Shown: positions 11,908 to 24,800 of the stretch, in pieces | Position numbering within the stretch: the stretch's first letter is position 1 | Layout: the number at the start of each line of letters is the position of its first letter | From: Mobula hypostoma | Taxonomy: Eukaryota | Direction: 5' to 3' | Assembly (NCBI RefSeq): GCF_963921235.1 | Contig: NC_086097.1 | Location: 34,288,001 to 34,352,000, forward strand | DNA length: 64,000 nucleotides | Position numbers and translations under genes: made by a program | Notes under the pieces: model-generated | Database searches by the model: none | What the model saw: the letters and a program-made list of their open reading frames with translations, nothing else | Told to the model about the DNA's origin: nothing

Positions 11908-14859
11908 TTTAATGCTTATCAAAAGCTCCAGCACATCCTCTTTCTTAATGTCTATATGATCAAGCTTTTCAGTCTTCTGTAAATCATCCCCACAATTGCC
12001 AAGATCCTTTTCCCTAGCGTATACTGAAGTAAAGTATTCATTAAGTACCTCCGCTACCTCATCCAACTCCATGCACACATTCATACTATTGCACCTGGTT
12101 GGTCCTATTTTCACATGGCTCATTCTCTTGCTCTTCGTATATTTGTAGAATGCCTTGGGGTTTTCCTTTATTCTGCCCACCAAGGCCTCTTCATGGCCCC
12201 TTCTGGCTCTCCCAATTTCATTCTTAAGCTCCTTCCTGGCAACCTTAGTTTTTTAGAGCTCTAACAGTACCTCGTTTCTTGAACCTTTCGTGAACTTTTC
12301 TTTTCTCCTTAACTAAATTTTCTACATCCTTTGTACACCATTGTTCCTTTACCCTACCATCCTTTCCTATCTCAATGGAACTAACCTATGCAGAATGCCA
12401 CGCAAATATCCCCTGAACATTTGCCCCATTTCTGCCGTACATTACCCTGAGAACATCTGCTCCAAATTTATGCTCCCATTTCTGCCTAATAGCATCACAT
12501 TTCCCCCTACCCCAATTAAATGTTTTCACAAACTGTCAGCTCCTATCCCTCTCCAGTGCTGTAGTAAAGGAGATTGAGTTGTGATCACTACCTCCAAAAT
12601 GCTCTCCCACTGAGAGATCTGACACCTGACCAGGTTCATTTCCCAATACCAAATCAAGTACAGCCTCTCCTCTTGTAGGCTTATCTACATGTTGAGTCAG
12701 GATATCTTCCTGAACACACCTAACAAAGTCCACCCCATCCAAACTCCTTGCTCTAAGGAGATACCCGTCAATACTAGGAAAGTTAAAATTATCCATCACA
12801 GCAACCCTATTTTTATTGCACCATTCCAGAATCTGCCTCCCTCTCTGCTCCTCGATGTCTCTGTTACTATTGGGGAGTCTTTAAAAGATGCACAGTGGAG
12901 TTATTGCCCCTTCCTGTTTGACTTCCACCCACACTGACTCAGTAGACAATCCCCCCGTAACTTCCTCCTTTTCTGCAGCTGTGATACTACCCCTGATTAG
13001 CAAAGCCATACCCCCCCCCCACCTCTTTTGCCTCCCTCCCTGTCCTTTTTGAAATATCTAAAGTCTGGCACACTCAGCTGCCATTCCTGCCCCTGAGACA
13101 TCAAAGTCTCTGTAAGTGCCATCACATTCCATGTAATAATCCACGCTCTAAGTTCATCCACCTTCTTTATGATTCTCCTTGCATTAAAATAGACACAACT
13201 TAAACCATCAGGCTGAGTGCATCTTTGCTCTATCATCTGCCTATCCTGCCTCACAAACTCCCTACAAGCTGTCACTAGTTGTGCGCCAGCTGCCCCATCC
13301 CCCACCTCTTCACTTCGTTTCCCCCCGCCCTGCAAATCTAGTTTAAACCCTCCCCAATAGCATTAGCAAAACTCCTTCCCAGGATATTGGATCCCCTCCA
13401 GTTCAGGTGCAACCTATCCCACTTGTACACGTCACCCCATTTCCAGAAAGTTCATTTCCAAAAACTTGAAACCCTGTCCGCTGCACTATCTCCTCAGCCA
13501 CTCATTCATCTGCGCTGTCTTCCTGTTCTGACCTTCACTAGCTCATGGCACTGGGAGTAATCCGGAGATGACCACCTTGGATGCCCTGTTCTTCAGCCCC
13601 CTTCCTAACTCCCTAAACTTACCATGCAGGACCTCTACCCTTCTCCTACCTCTGTCATTGGTACCATCGAGTAGCGCGACCTCTGGCTGCTCACCCCCCC
13701 GCCTTTAAGAATATTCTGCAATCACTCAGAGACATTCTGAACCCGAGCACCCGGGAGGCAACACACTATCCTGGCGTCTCTTTTGCTGTTGCAAGAATCT
13801 CCTATCTGTCCCCCTAACTATCGAGACTCCTATGACTATTCCTCTGCCTGACTTCACCCTCCCCTCCTGAGGCTCTGAGCCGACCACAGTGCTTTTGGTC
13901 TGGCTGCTGCTGCCTTGCCCAGATAGGTCACCTCCCCACAGCGGTATCTAAAGGGGTTTACCTGTTACTGAGGGGAAAGGCCACAGGGGGACCCTGCACT
14001 GACTTCTTTCTCCCCTTACCTCTCTCAGTGTTCACCTATCTACTCCCTGTACTCTGCACTCTGGGTGTAACCGCCTGCTCCAAAGTCTTATCTATCAATT
14101 GCTCTGCCTCCCGAATGATCCTTAGTTTATCCAACTCCTGCTCCAGCTCCTTAATTTCAGTCTTTCAGGAGCTGGAGTTGGCTGCACTTCCTGCAGGCGC
14201 AGTCATCAGGGAGACTATCAGGTTCCATGAATTCCACTGCCATATCTGCCATCTTGCCTGCACTGTACAACCAAGACCAAATCTTCTCACCAGTTTCTTT
14301 GGCCTCAGCCTCTTCTCTCTTCTATGGTTTAAAAAAATAAGAGGAAAAACCCACGCAAGGAGAAAGAACTCACCGCATTTGGTGATGCTCCACCTGCCTT
14401 CTGCTGCTGCCCATGCCTTTGATGCTTTCTGCGCCTGTGCACTGATTAGAGTAAAGAATTCAATGTAATCTCGGGCTCTAAAAGATATGTGCGAAGTTGG
14501 ACTTGAAAGTAAAGATCAACCATAATTTTACAAAATGACAGAGCAAGCTGCAGAGACTTTTGGCATACAACTGGTCCTTTTTTGTTTTTTTATTATTGGG
14601 CTACATTTAAACTCCTCAATGACCTGGAGAGCTATGTTGGCTGGAGTCAGGTTTTTGTGCTTTGGTTCCTGGCAGAGTCACGCACGCCAAGCAGGTCAAA
14701 GGGTGGAGGTCAGACTAAGAGTGGTCCACCAGTCCTTCAGGTTCAGGAGTCAACTCAGGGTGAACAATCCTAAAGCAAAATGTTATGGAAACAGCAATGA
14801 AGAATTCATCTACATCTGAGAGTGACGGAACTCTTGAGACTCCACCCACAACTTGCATG

Positions 14860-14960
14860 ACCGACAGTAGCTACTGACATGACGAAGGAAGCCCTGACCA
14901 CCAGCAGAGATGGAGGACCTTCATAGCTGCCCGAAACACCAGCAGCGTAATATGCAGTAG
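14860..14960 (+). mobile_element. RTE-type LINE 3' end remnant
   Basis: 'cagagatggaggaccttcatagctgcc...caccagcagcgtaa' resembles RTE 3' ends, from memory. Confidence 0.4.
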
Positions 14961-16789
14961 AACATTTAAATTATTGAGATGGATTTTCTTCATCTTGGAG
15001 AACATTCCCCAGTACAGTGAAGAGGAAACCAGTGATTCAGGCGCCCACTCCTGTAATGATTTACTGGGAGTTCCAGAGCTTCTCTGATTGAAATAAATGT
15101 TACTATAGGTGCCATCCCGTATTACAATGCAACTGAATTAGCTGAGTAATTCATAACAGCCCTCTCCACGTCTCCCCTTGGGACATCTGATGAAATGTAG
15201 TGGGAGGAATTGTGCTGGACTCTGTGGGGTGGGAATATGAGGGCAGCTGGAAGAATAAGGCACACATTAGATGGGGAGCAATCTTTTCATCCTTAGAATG
15301 ACTAGCAGCCAAAAATGTTTATTAGTTCTTAACTGTGATCTTGTTTCTGCCTTCTAGTCCAAATGAAAACCTCTTAGGAGACGTTTTCTTTACATTGCTT
15401 TGTGTACATTGGCTCCTTAGACTGAGCAAAAGTGGCTTGAAAAGCTGTCAAATGGTCTGAATTCTGTGTAGGCTTCTAACATCGCAATCTAAGAGAGTAA
15501 TGCAAGTAATAAAAGTATTTCTCTACAAGTATATTTATTATCTCAATAGCTTTTAAAGGCTCAGGACTAGATATAGTGATACCGAATGATAGAATAAAGA
15601 TCCTACCACTGTCTCCTGTTTTGCAAAGAGATGTGGGATATTCATTATTACAATCCTACTATGGTCCCTGCTCTCACATTTACTCTGATTTCTCCTACCC
15701 TGTTTCCAAAGGATTCTGCTCCATTTTTCCTGTTTTTTCATTGCATTTTTTCCACAATGCAATATCACAGTGAGCAACATGGTGGGGTAACAGTTCGTGT
15801 GTCACTATCACAGCTCGGTGTGTCAGAGTTCAGAGTGCAATCCCGGCATTCTCTGTAAGGAGTTTGTATGCCCTCACTTTTAAGAGCCTGTTAGGTTGGT
15901 ACATGGTGCTTACAAAAATAGAGGGCTATGCGCTAGGGAAATTTTAGGCAGTTTCTAGAGTAGGTTACATGTTTGGCACAAGATTGTGGGCTGAAGGGCC
16001 TGTAATGAGCTGTAGATTTCTATGTTCTATGTGTATGTTCCACTTGCCAAGTTTCTGCTCTCAACTGCAATTCTCTGTCTCAGAATCTGAACTTGCCGCC
16101 CCTTGCCACCACCTCCAACCCAATGTCTCTGCCAGATATGTCCTATCTTCACCTAGTCCTTTAAGCTTTCAAAGGAACCACTTCTTGCCCATTCCTCAGT
16201 CTCTTTCACCCTTTCTCACACCATGTTCCCATCCACACACAGGGTTTATCCTTTCAATTCACTCCTCATCTACTGTTCATCTGAAGCAACGAGTTTTCCT
16301 GTGTTCCTTTCAATTTTGCACAGTGCTACTGAAACAGACTCATTTAAGGTGGTGAGACTAAACTCAGATCTGATGATTGGTTTGTTGAACAACTCAATTC
16401 AAACCAAAAAGACATTACGCTCATTATTTCAGTCCTCTGAACTTTGCCCTTTATGCGCTATCTGTCCTCTGCAATCTACACTGATTAATTTGAAACTCAA
16501 AGGAGCAACATAACATCACATCCGTTAAGCACATTCCTGCTTTCCATACGCAATAGGGTTATGAGGACAGACTGGAGAAGCAAGGTCTCTTCTCCCTTGA
16601 GTGGAAGAGAGTAAGAGGAGATGTAGTTGTGGTAGACAAAATTATGAGGCGTATTTTTAAGATAAGTCCCCCTCAGAGGTAGACATATGTTTCAGGGAAG
16701 GGGAAGCAGATTTAGAGAGGATATGAGAGGAAATTTCATGCAGAGAGTGGGAGCTACCTGGAATGCACTGCTTGAGGCCGTGTAGAATC

Positions 16790-17100
16790 TGGGGAGAAGC
16801 AGGTGATGGATTAATCCAGGTGAGAGGAGGAAGACAGGAGGGTAGAGGAGGGGGAGAAATTGTGAGAAGCTGGGAGGTGATAGGTGGGGAAGGAAAAGAA
16901 CTGAAGAAGAAGTTACACCTCCCCTATCCCCCCACACTTTTATTCTGCCTTCCACCCACTTTATTTCCAGTCCTGGTGAAGGGTCACAGCCTGAGATGTT
17001 GGCTCTTCATTCCCCTCCATGGATGCTGCCTGACCTGCTGAATTCCTCCAATATTTTGTGTGTGTTGAACCGGATTTCCAGCATCTTCAGAATCTCTTCT
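16790..17100. mobile_element. Penelope-derived terminal repeat fragments (inverted arrangement) with a decayed hammerhead-like motif
   Basis: Purine-rich minus-strand piece joined to plus-strand 'cagtcctggtgaagggtcacagcctgagatgttgg...gatgctgcctgacctgctgaattcctcc'; same family as 21725, 31990, 55935 and 57623. Confidence 0.7.
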
Positions 17101-17789
17101 TTCTCCATTTCCTTCGGTTTCTCTTGTCTTGGATTTCTAGCAACCACAGTTTTTGACTGTTATTTAATCATACACCTTCCTTTTTGCTTTTTCTTCATCT
17201 GCCATCTCTCTCTGCCCCTTTGCTCAATTACTGTCTGTTGCATCTCTGGCATAGGGAAAGGTTATTGACATAAAACATGAACTCTCTTTTACACTTGACA
17301 GATATTGTCTAGCCTGCCTGTTATTCCCTGGGCTTTCCTATTACCTGTGTTGTTAGTAATTCAGAGGTATGGGTTAAGCACAGGGGTATGGGAGTTCCAA
17401 TCCCTCAACGCCATTGTGGGAAATATAATTTGTTGAAAAATATCTGGCAACAAAAAACACAGATGATGATGAGTGTGTGGGTTCACTGCCATGTTTGGCG
17501 AAAACGCAGACAGTCAACATTGCAGAGGGAGCAAGTACTACTCAATGGATGCTGATAGCTCTCAGTAACACAGGAGAATCTGTATATACTGTAAGTCCAG
17601 AGTAACACACACAAAATGCTGGAGGAACTCAGCAGGTCAGGCAGCATCTATGGAGAGGAATAAAGAGCCAACGTTTTGGGCCAAGACCCTTCAGTTCTTA
17701 GTCTAGTTTCTGACAGGAAATGATAAAATTGTGGTGGTTGGAGTGTTGTGGGATGAGTTAGTGGGTAGAAGTGTTGATTAGCTTAAGGG

Positions 17790-18200
17790 AAAGTAATTGC
17801 CTTTCAGTCTGGTACTACGTCGCCTCCTCCCTGGGTAGGTAGGCTGTTGTCAGAGATGCACTGGCCAGTTTTGACTACCCATTGTAGAGCCTGTCTGTCT
17901 GTTGCAGTGCAGATTCTCTGCCAAGCAGAGATACAGCTTGTTAGGATGCTCCCTACTGTGCATCTGTAGAAGGACATGAGTTTTGCTGTGCATAGTCCAG
18001 CTCTCTTCAGGCACCCCAAAAAGTAGAGAGGTTGGTGAGCTTTCTTGATCGTGTAGGATGTCTTCTGGGGCCACTAGATTTTGTGGAAGATGTGCACTCC
18101 AGGGAGTTTGAAACTGCTCACAATTTCCACAGCTGAGCTGCTGATGAACCCTTAATATTTCTCTTAACGTTGATGACCATTTCCTTTGTCTTGATGACAC
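17790..18200 (-). mobile_element. Rex1/Babar-clade LINE 3' coding fragment
   Basis: KKAHQPLYFLGCLKRAG...FYRCTVGSILTSCISAW, typical of the post-RT region of this clade. Confidence 0.7.
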
Positions 18201-18543
18201 AAGGAAGGATGTACAGGAGCCTTATGTCCCATACCACCAGCATAGGGAGCAGTTATTACCCTTCAACCATTAGGCTCCTGAACCAGAGTGGATAACGTCA
18301 TTCACCACAATACTGAACTGATTATGGAACACAACCTATGGACTCAATTTCTTGGGTTCTACAACTCATGTTCTCAGTATTATTTATTTATTATTATTAT
18401 TGTTTCTTTTTTTGTATTTGTACAACTTGCCAGCTGATCTTTGCGTACAGCTTTTTATTCCTTATATTGTGTTTCTATGAATCCCTTCAAAAGAGTGAAT
18501 CTCATGGTCATATATGGTGGCATACAGTATGTGTACGTTGACA

Positions 18544-18747
18544 GCCAGCCGGTGGTGTAGCAGCATCCACACCGGACTTCGAGGCGAGTGGTGCTGAGTT
18601 CAAATCTGGCCGGCTCCTTGCACGCCTTCTGTCCGTGCTGGGTTGAGCATCGAGCTAGCAACTTGACCTCATAAAAAGCAGACAAAAAGGCTAAAGAAAT
18701 GACAAATTACTGCCTGATGCGCCACAAGGCGCAGAAAGGAACAACAA
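18544..18747 (+). mobile_element. tRNA-derived SINE, copy 1 of a family also at 36263
   Basis: A-box-like 'tggtgtagcagc', B box 'gagttcaaatc', (AAC)n tail; inserted in a Rex/Babar 3' tail with a decayed TSD (tgtacgttgaca / tgtctttcaca). Confidence 0.8.
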
Positions 18748-18874
18748 TGTCTTTCACAATAAATTTACTTTGAACTTTAAATATTCAGCCTGCATCTAAA
18801 TAGACCAAATTCATTTTTAAATAGATAGAAATGAAGTGTATGTTTGTTACCTATTTACCTATATGTCTAATCTG

Positions 18875-19560
18875 TTAGTTACACGCTGACTACGGTTCTT
18901 TGCGGGAATGGGACCCGCTCTCCGGGTTCCACAATCGACCGCTATTCGGCACGCCAAAGTCTCGGCCTAAGATTTCGGCACAGTTTCAGAAGCCTAGGAT
19001 CTTGAGTAACTGGAGACTGGTGAATCAAGGGTCGGTGTCGCCACAGGAGATCCGTGTGTTGTTGGGAGAGTTGGAACATCTGCTGTGTGCCTGGCGACCC
19101 GGGATCCTTGTGGTCTCCAGGCACAGAGCTCGGAAAAAGCGACGTAACAGACTTTTAACATCGTCAACCAGCGAGTTGTTCGTTATGTCTCCCCGCTCGT
19201 TGGAAAATGGAGTCAACCTCTTTCTCCCTTATTAGGAGAGAGCTGCAGCATGTCGAATTTTCGGGTGAACAATGTAGTCTTTCGGATAACTGCAAGTCTG
19301 TGTCTTTGCTATTGCTTTGCTCGTGCCTGAGTGCTGGTAGCGGGTGCACTTTATTTTTGCCAATGGGAGAGGGGGATTGTTGCTCACTGCCGCTTACGCG
19401 TGGGGGGGAGCTGGGAGGGGGCTTTAGGGTTTGAACATTTAACTGTCGTTCATTCTTTGGGGCACTCCTCTGTCTTCGTAGATGGCTGCGAAGAAAAAGC
19501 ATTTCAGGATGTATATTGTATACATTTCTCTGACATTAAATGAACCTTTGAACCTTTGAA
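18875..19560 (+). mobile_element. Non-coding non-autonomous retroelement with (AACCTTTG)n tail, copy 1
   Basis: CpG-rich; 19140-19560 aligns by eye with 43530-43958; ends 'attaaatgaacctttgaacctttgaa'. Confidence 0.65.
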
Positions 19561-19719
19561 AAGGGATTAAAAGGATGATGGATTTGTAACAGGGGGACAA
19601 TCAAAATGTTAGGCATTCCAAAAGCCTTTGGAAAGTTGTAGAAGAGACCTTTGCCTTGAAGCAGCCTTTTAACAGTTCAGTGACAGGTCTGACAAAATCT
19701 GCCATCAGGATGTCTATGA

Positions 19720-20545
19720 TGAATATTGCAGATTACAAAATACACGGACATGCACTTTGGTAGTACAAATAAATGTGCAAACTATTTTCTCAATGGGGAG
19801 AAAATCAAGAAATCTGCGATGCAGAGGGACTTGGGAGTCCTTGTGCAAAACACCCTAAAAGTTACCTTTCAGGTTGAGTTGGTGGTGAGGAAGGCAAATG
19901 CCACATTAGCATTCATTTCAAGCAGTCTGGAATACAAGAGCAAGGATGTGATGCTGAGGCTTTATAAGACACTGGTGAGAGTTCACCTTGAATATTGTGA
20001 ACAGTTTAGGGCCCGTCATCTTAGAAAAGATGTGCTGGCATTGGAGAGGATTCGGGGGGGTTCACTAGGATGATTCCAGGAATGAAAGGGTTATCATATG
20101 AGGGACTTTTGATGGCCCTGGGCTTGCCTCACAGGAATTCAGAAGGATGAGGGGGGATCTCATTGAAACCTTTCGAATGTTGAAAAGTCTAGACAGAGTA
20201 GATGTGGAAAGGATGTTTCCCATGGTGGGAGAGTCTAGGACAAGAGAGCACAGCCTCAGGATAGAGGGGCGCCTTTCAAAACAGGGATGTGGAGAAATTT
20301 CTTTAGCCAAAGAGTGGCAAATTTATGGAATTTGTTACCGCGTACAGCTGTGGAGGCCAGGTCATTGGGTATATTTAAGGCAGAGATTGATAGGTTCTTG
20401 ATTGGACATGGCATCAAAGGTTACGGGGAGAAGGCCTGGAACTGGGGTTGAGGAGGAGGAAAAAAAGGATCAGCCATGATTGAACAGTGGAGCAGACTTG
20501 ATTGGGCCAGATGGCCTAATTCTGCTCCTATGTCTTATGGTCTAC
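19720..20545 (+). mobile_element. CR1 LINE 3' fragment
   Basis: QRDLGVLVQ..LYKTLVRVHLEYC, MRGDLIETFRML, terminal stem-loop GGAGCAGA...TCTGCTCC. Confidence 0.9.
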
Positions 20546-21259
20546 TGCCTATCCACATACCCCTGATTCCCTGTCCACAGACCTGCAACAGAGACTCCAT
20601 CACACAACTCTTGTATTAGGTATTGGTATGGTGTTAGTTGCTATTGATTTATTTTTGTTGTATGTACCAAGAGACAGTGAAAAGTTTGTCTTACATACTG
20701 TTTATACAGATCAAAACATTACACAGTGCATTGAGCTAGAAGAAGGTAAAATAAAAACACAGTGCAGAATAGAATATTATCACAGACATGCATTATGAAA
20801 GTAATTGTTTTGTGGCGGCAATACAGAAAGATATTACTGTAAGTGAAAATAAGAAGTATATAAAAATATAAATAAATTGTGCAAAAAGAAGAGGAAAATG
20901 GTGAGGTAGTGTTCGTAGGGTCATGGACCATTAGAAATTTGATGGCAGAGTGGAAAAAGCTGCTCGTAAAACATTAAATATGCATCCTCAGGCTCCTGCA
21001 CCTCCTCCGTGATGGTAATAATGAGAAGAGGGAAAGTGTAAAAGCTGCCAAAAAAAAGTGCAATGCAGATAGCAGTAAAGTGAAGATCATAACAAGGTAG
21101 ATTGTGTACAAGAGGTCCATTTAAGGGTTTGGCAACAGTGGGATAGACACTGTCCTCTTTCCTTACAAGAGGTCTCTTTCTAGAAGATTCACTGTAAAAT
21201 ACCATTCCCTGGGATTAGCATTGAAACTTGTCTGTTTGGTATATTTCCTGCTAGTTCTA

Positions 21260-21430
21260 CATAGAAACATAGAAATCTACAGCACATTACAGGCCCTTCG
21301 GCCCACAATGTTGTGCCGACCATGAAATCTACTCTAGAAACTGCCTAGAATTTCCCTACCACATAGCCCTTGATTTTTCTAAGCTCCACGTATCTCTTTA
21401 AGAGTTTCTACAAAGATGCCGTTGTATATA
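21260..21430 (-). mobile_element. CR1 3' tail fragment, same subfamily as 7747
   Basis: Matches 7747-7830 joined to 9217 onward without interruption, so it gives the pre-insertion reference. Confidence 0.85.
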
Positions 21431-21724
21431 TGTGACATGGAAATCCTGCATTACAGCTGCAACGGTCTTACACATTTCCAGGCCCCACTCTCTGATGACT
21501 TGATTTATCAGGGTCAATACGTACAGGTTATGTAACGTGTCTGGTGGGATCATGGCAAACTTTGAATTCTATAAGGTGTCCGGGCCAGGCAACATCCCAG
21601 GCCAAGAGTGCACATCAGCTTCCTAGAGTGCCAAGCAACTCAAGTAAGATTCCTGCTGTGCCCAGTCCAAACTTGGCACCAAAAGAAAGTGATTTATCAG
21701 AAACTAAGAATAAGAGAGTGAATC

Positions 21725-21865
21725 ATAAACACAAGAAATTCTGCAGGTGCTGGAACTCTTGATCAACACACACAAAATACTGGAGGAACTCAGCAGGTCA
21801 GGCACCAGCTCTGAAAATCAATAAACAGTCAACATTTCGGGCTGAGACTCTTCTTCAAGACTGAC
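21725..21865 (-). mobile_element. Penelope-derived terminal repeat with hammerhead-like motif
   Basis: Minus strand CAGTC-TTGAAGA-AGAGTCTCAGCCC-GAAAT-GTT-GACTG at 21826-21863, followed by the shared 'tgacctgctgagttcctccag' tail. Confidence 0.75.
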
Positions 21866-24800
21866 AAGAAAATGAAGAACTACAATTACCCAAAACATTA
21901 CCGTAACAATTAAATAAACTGGTACTTTCTTTGTAATATACATAATTGACGGATTGACTTGTAGATGGAGGGTTGGTAAATTTTGGAGGCAACACAAAGG
22001 TTGGTGGAATACTGGAGGACATAGGTTTCAGATCAGAGTGGAGTTGTTTAAAGACAATTTACTATGCAGTAGAGAATGGTACCTGGAACACACTGCTGGG
22101 GAAAGTGGATGTTACGTTTTGTAACTTGAGAAACTAATTGAAAGTAAAGCACAGGAGCTGGAATGAATGTGTCTACTTAATTTTACATTAGTAAGGCGCA
22201 CACATTTGATGTGGTAGTGAAATGATGTATGCCATTCATGTACTTGTACACATATCCCTACATGAATTATGTAAACAAGGAACGCTTAATCAAACAATAT
22301 ACTTACAATTTTACTCAAATATTGAATACATAATGTTCCTCTCTGCTGAGCTAAAAACCCCAACTCAATATAGAATGCATCTCAACTCAAATGTGTAACA
22401 TATTTCTCTCCAGTCGTCTATATACAGTATAAATACATATTATGTATATCACAGCATAGTAAGTTTTAAATTGCCCCTTTCAGGCCTAAAGATTTAATCT
22501 GTGCGGAATTTCTTACTCCAGCGGAATAACATCTTTCCTGATTGGGGGCGGGGGGGGGTCTCTGGATATGTTTCTTCTCTAACAATTGACTTATATCCTC
22601 AACTGATTGATGTGTCATCTTCAGATGCCGTCAGATACTATCTCCACTGTGTGGGAGAGTGGGAGAATGGTCCTGTTCTGTCTTTAATCTTTCCAAGTAC
22701 CCACACTTGATTACCTCTGTACTCCCTCACCAGGACTGTTTATCCAAGACTAAAACATTAATCCTTCTTGTTTGAGGAGCCCTCAATCTGGCTCGGCTGT
22801 TTGTCTTGCATTCTCCTTCTGAAACTGGGTTTGAGAAGATCCAAGTGTTAGTGCAAGGGACGAGCCAGGAACAGCATAGCTGGTGAATTGTTGGCTGTGG
22901 AGTGTGTTGCACTGGGATACGCAAGGACGAAATTGGCAAGCTTATGATTGTGTCAGTGCAGTGTGTTCTGCTGACATTTCTCGCAGAGCATTCTTTAGCC
23001 TCTGGACAAACCTTTCCACCAAGGTATTTGTAGCTGGGTGATATGGTGCAGATGTAATATGTCTTATTCCATTCATTTTCAGGAATGATTGAAACTGTTC
23101 CGCAACAAACTGTGGTCCATTGCCACTGACTAATTGATCTGGGATACTGGTCCTTGAGAAGAGGCTTCTCAACACAACAGTGTGTGAGACTGTAGTAGAG
23201 GGTATTAGGAACACTTACGGCCATTTTGTGGCTGCATCTTCCTCTACCATGAATTTTGTGCCCATGAATGGACCAGAAAAATCCACATGAACCTCTGCCA
23301 GGGCAATACAGGTCATTTCCAAGGATGGAGAGGCACTGTTCTTGGTATCTTCTGGGCATATTGGCTTCTTGAACAGAACATGGCAAGCTGCTCGATCTGC
23401 TGATCTAGCCAGGCCACCAGACAAAGCTTTGAGTCAATGCTTTCATTGTGAGCATGCCTAGATGATTGGCATGTAGCTCCTTCAACACTTTAGCTCTCAG
23501 TTAGGATGATACAACTCTCAATCCCCACATAAGGCATTCCTTGTCGAGGGGAAATTCATCCAGACACTGGTAAAAATGGGGGAACTGGAAAAATGGGGGA
23601 GCTGCATATTCCAGGCAATTTGGGTTGCCATGTAGACCTGAGAAAGTGTTGGGTCTTTTCTGGTTTCCCTTTGGATAACCTCTGCTGTAATTTTCTAAGG
23701 GTAAATGGGACAATTCGTCAGCATTTCCGTGATTAGTTGTCCTCTTGAATTTGATTCTGGATTGTATCCTCCAAGAAACAGAGACATCTCTGCATTTGTG
23801 CTGCTGCTTCTAGTGTAACACCCTTCTATGGATTAAAAATGGACACTAGTAGTTGATGATCAGTAAAGAGGGTAAACTCTCTTCCAAACAAAGACTGGTT
23901 GAAAAGTTTTACAACCCAAACTAAACTCAATGCCTCTCTGTCAATCTGTGCCTAGTTTTTCTCTACTGTGGTAAGGGAACATGATGCAAAGCCTATGGGG
24001 TGTTCACTCCCATCACTCATAACATGTAACATGACTACACCTATATTATGAGGCAAGGACAATATGGGTCATAACATGTGAGTACAGAGCCTGACATCAC
24101 CATTTCCTTTACTTTTTGGAAAGCCACCTCACACTGCTCTGTCCATTGCCATTTCTGCCCAATCTGTAGTAATGAGTTCAAGATACAGAACATAGTAGCC
24201 AGGTTTGACAGGAACCTGTTATAGTAATTAACAAGTCTTAAAAAGGACTGCAACTTATGACATGTCCTTTGGCTTCTGTTTGAATTCACCCCTGCTTGAA
24301 TTTTCTCAGTACACTTGTGTAATTCTTGTGCATCAATGGTGTGACCACAGTAAGTGATGCTTGGTTTAAAGAATTCACACTTGTTGCACTGTGTTCTGAG
24401 CCCATAATCTTCTAATATTTTTAACACTGTCATGAAATTTTGGAGAGGTTCTTTGCCATCCTCATTGGTAACAATCATGTCATCCAAGAAACACTGAGTA
24501 CCTGGGCAGCCTTGCATCACCTGGTCCATAGCTAGCTGCCAGAGTGAAGGTGCAGATGCTACTCCAAAAATCCTCTTACAGCAATAAAGCTTTTTGGAGT
24601 GTTTATGGTCAGAAATAATTTGGACTCCTTTTCCTTCTCCATCTGTAGGCAAGCTTCAGTTAAGTCTACTTTGCTGAAGTGTTTTCCTCCAGAAAGGTTT
24701 GCAAAGATATCCTCTATCCTTGGCAGAGGGTATGATCTACTCTCAGTACTGGGTTGACAGTGACTGTAAAATCGCCACAGGTCCTGACAAACCCATTCTT

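Larger units (their letters stand above)
7747..14442 (-). mobile_element. Apparently full-length degenerate CR1 LINE (5' UTR, ORF1 esterase-like region, APE endonuclease, RT, 3' tail), interrupted by three insertions
   Basis: APE motifs YFNAR..ALTET (12997-13335) and DNFNFP..LDLVL..GGSDHNSI (12536-12799); RT motifs VTQGCVLGP..KFADD (9877-10161); ORF1-like sequence about 13340-14250; 3' tail at 7747; TSD TGACTAGA 7739-7746 and TGATTAGA 14443-14450. Confidence 0.88.
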
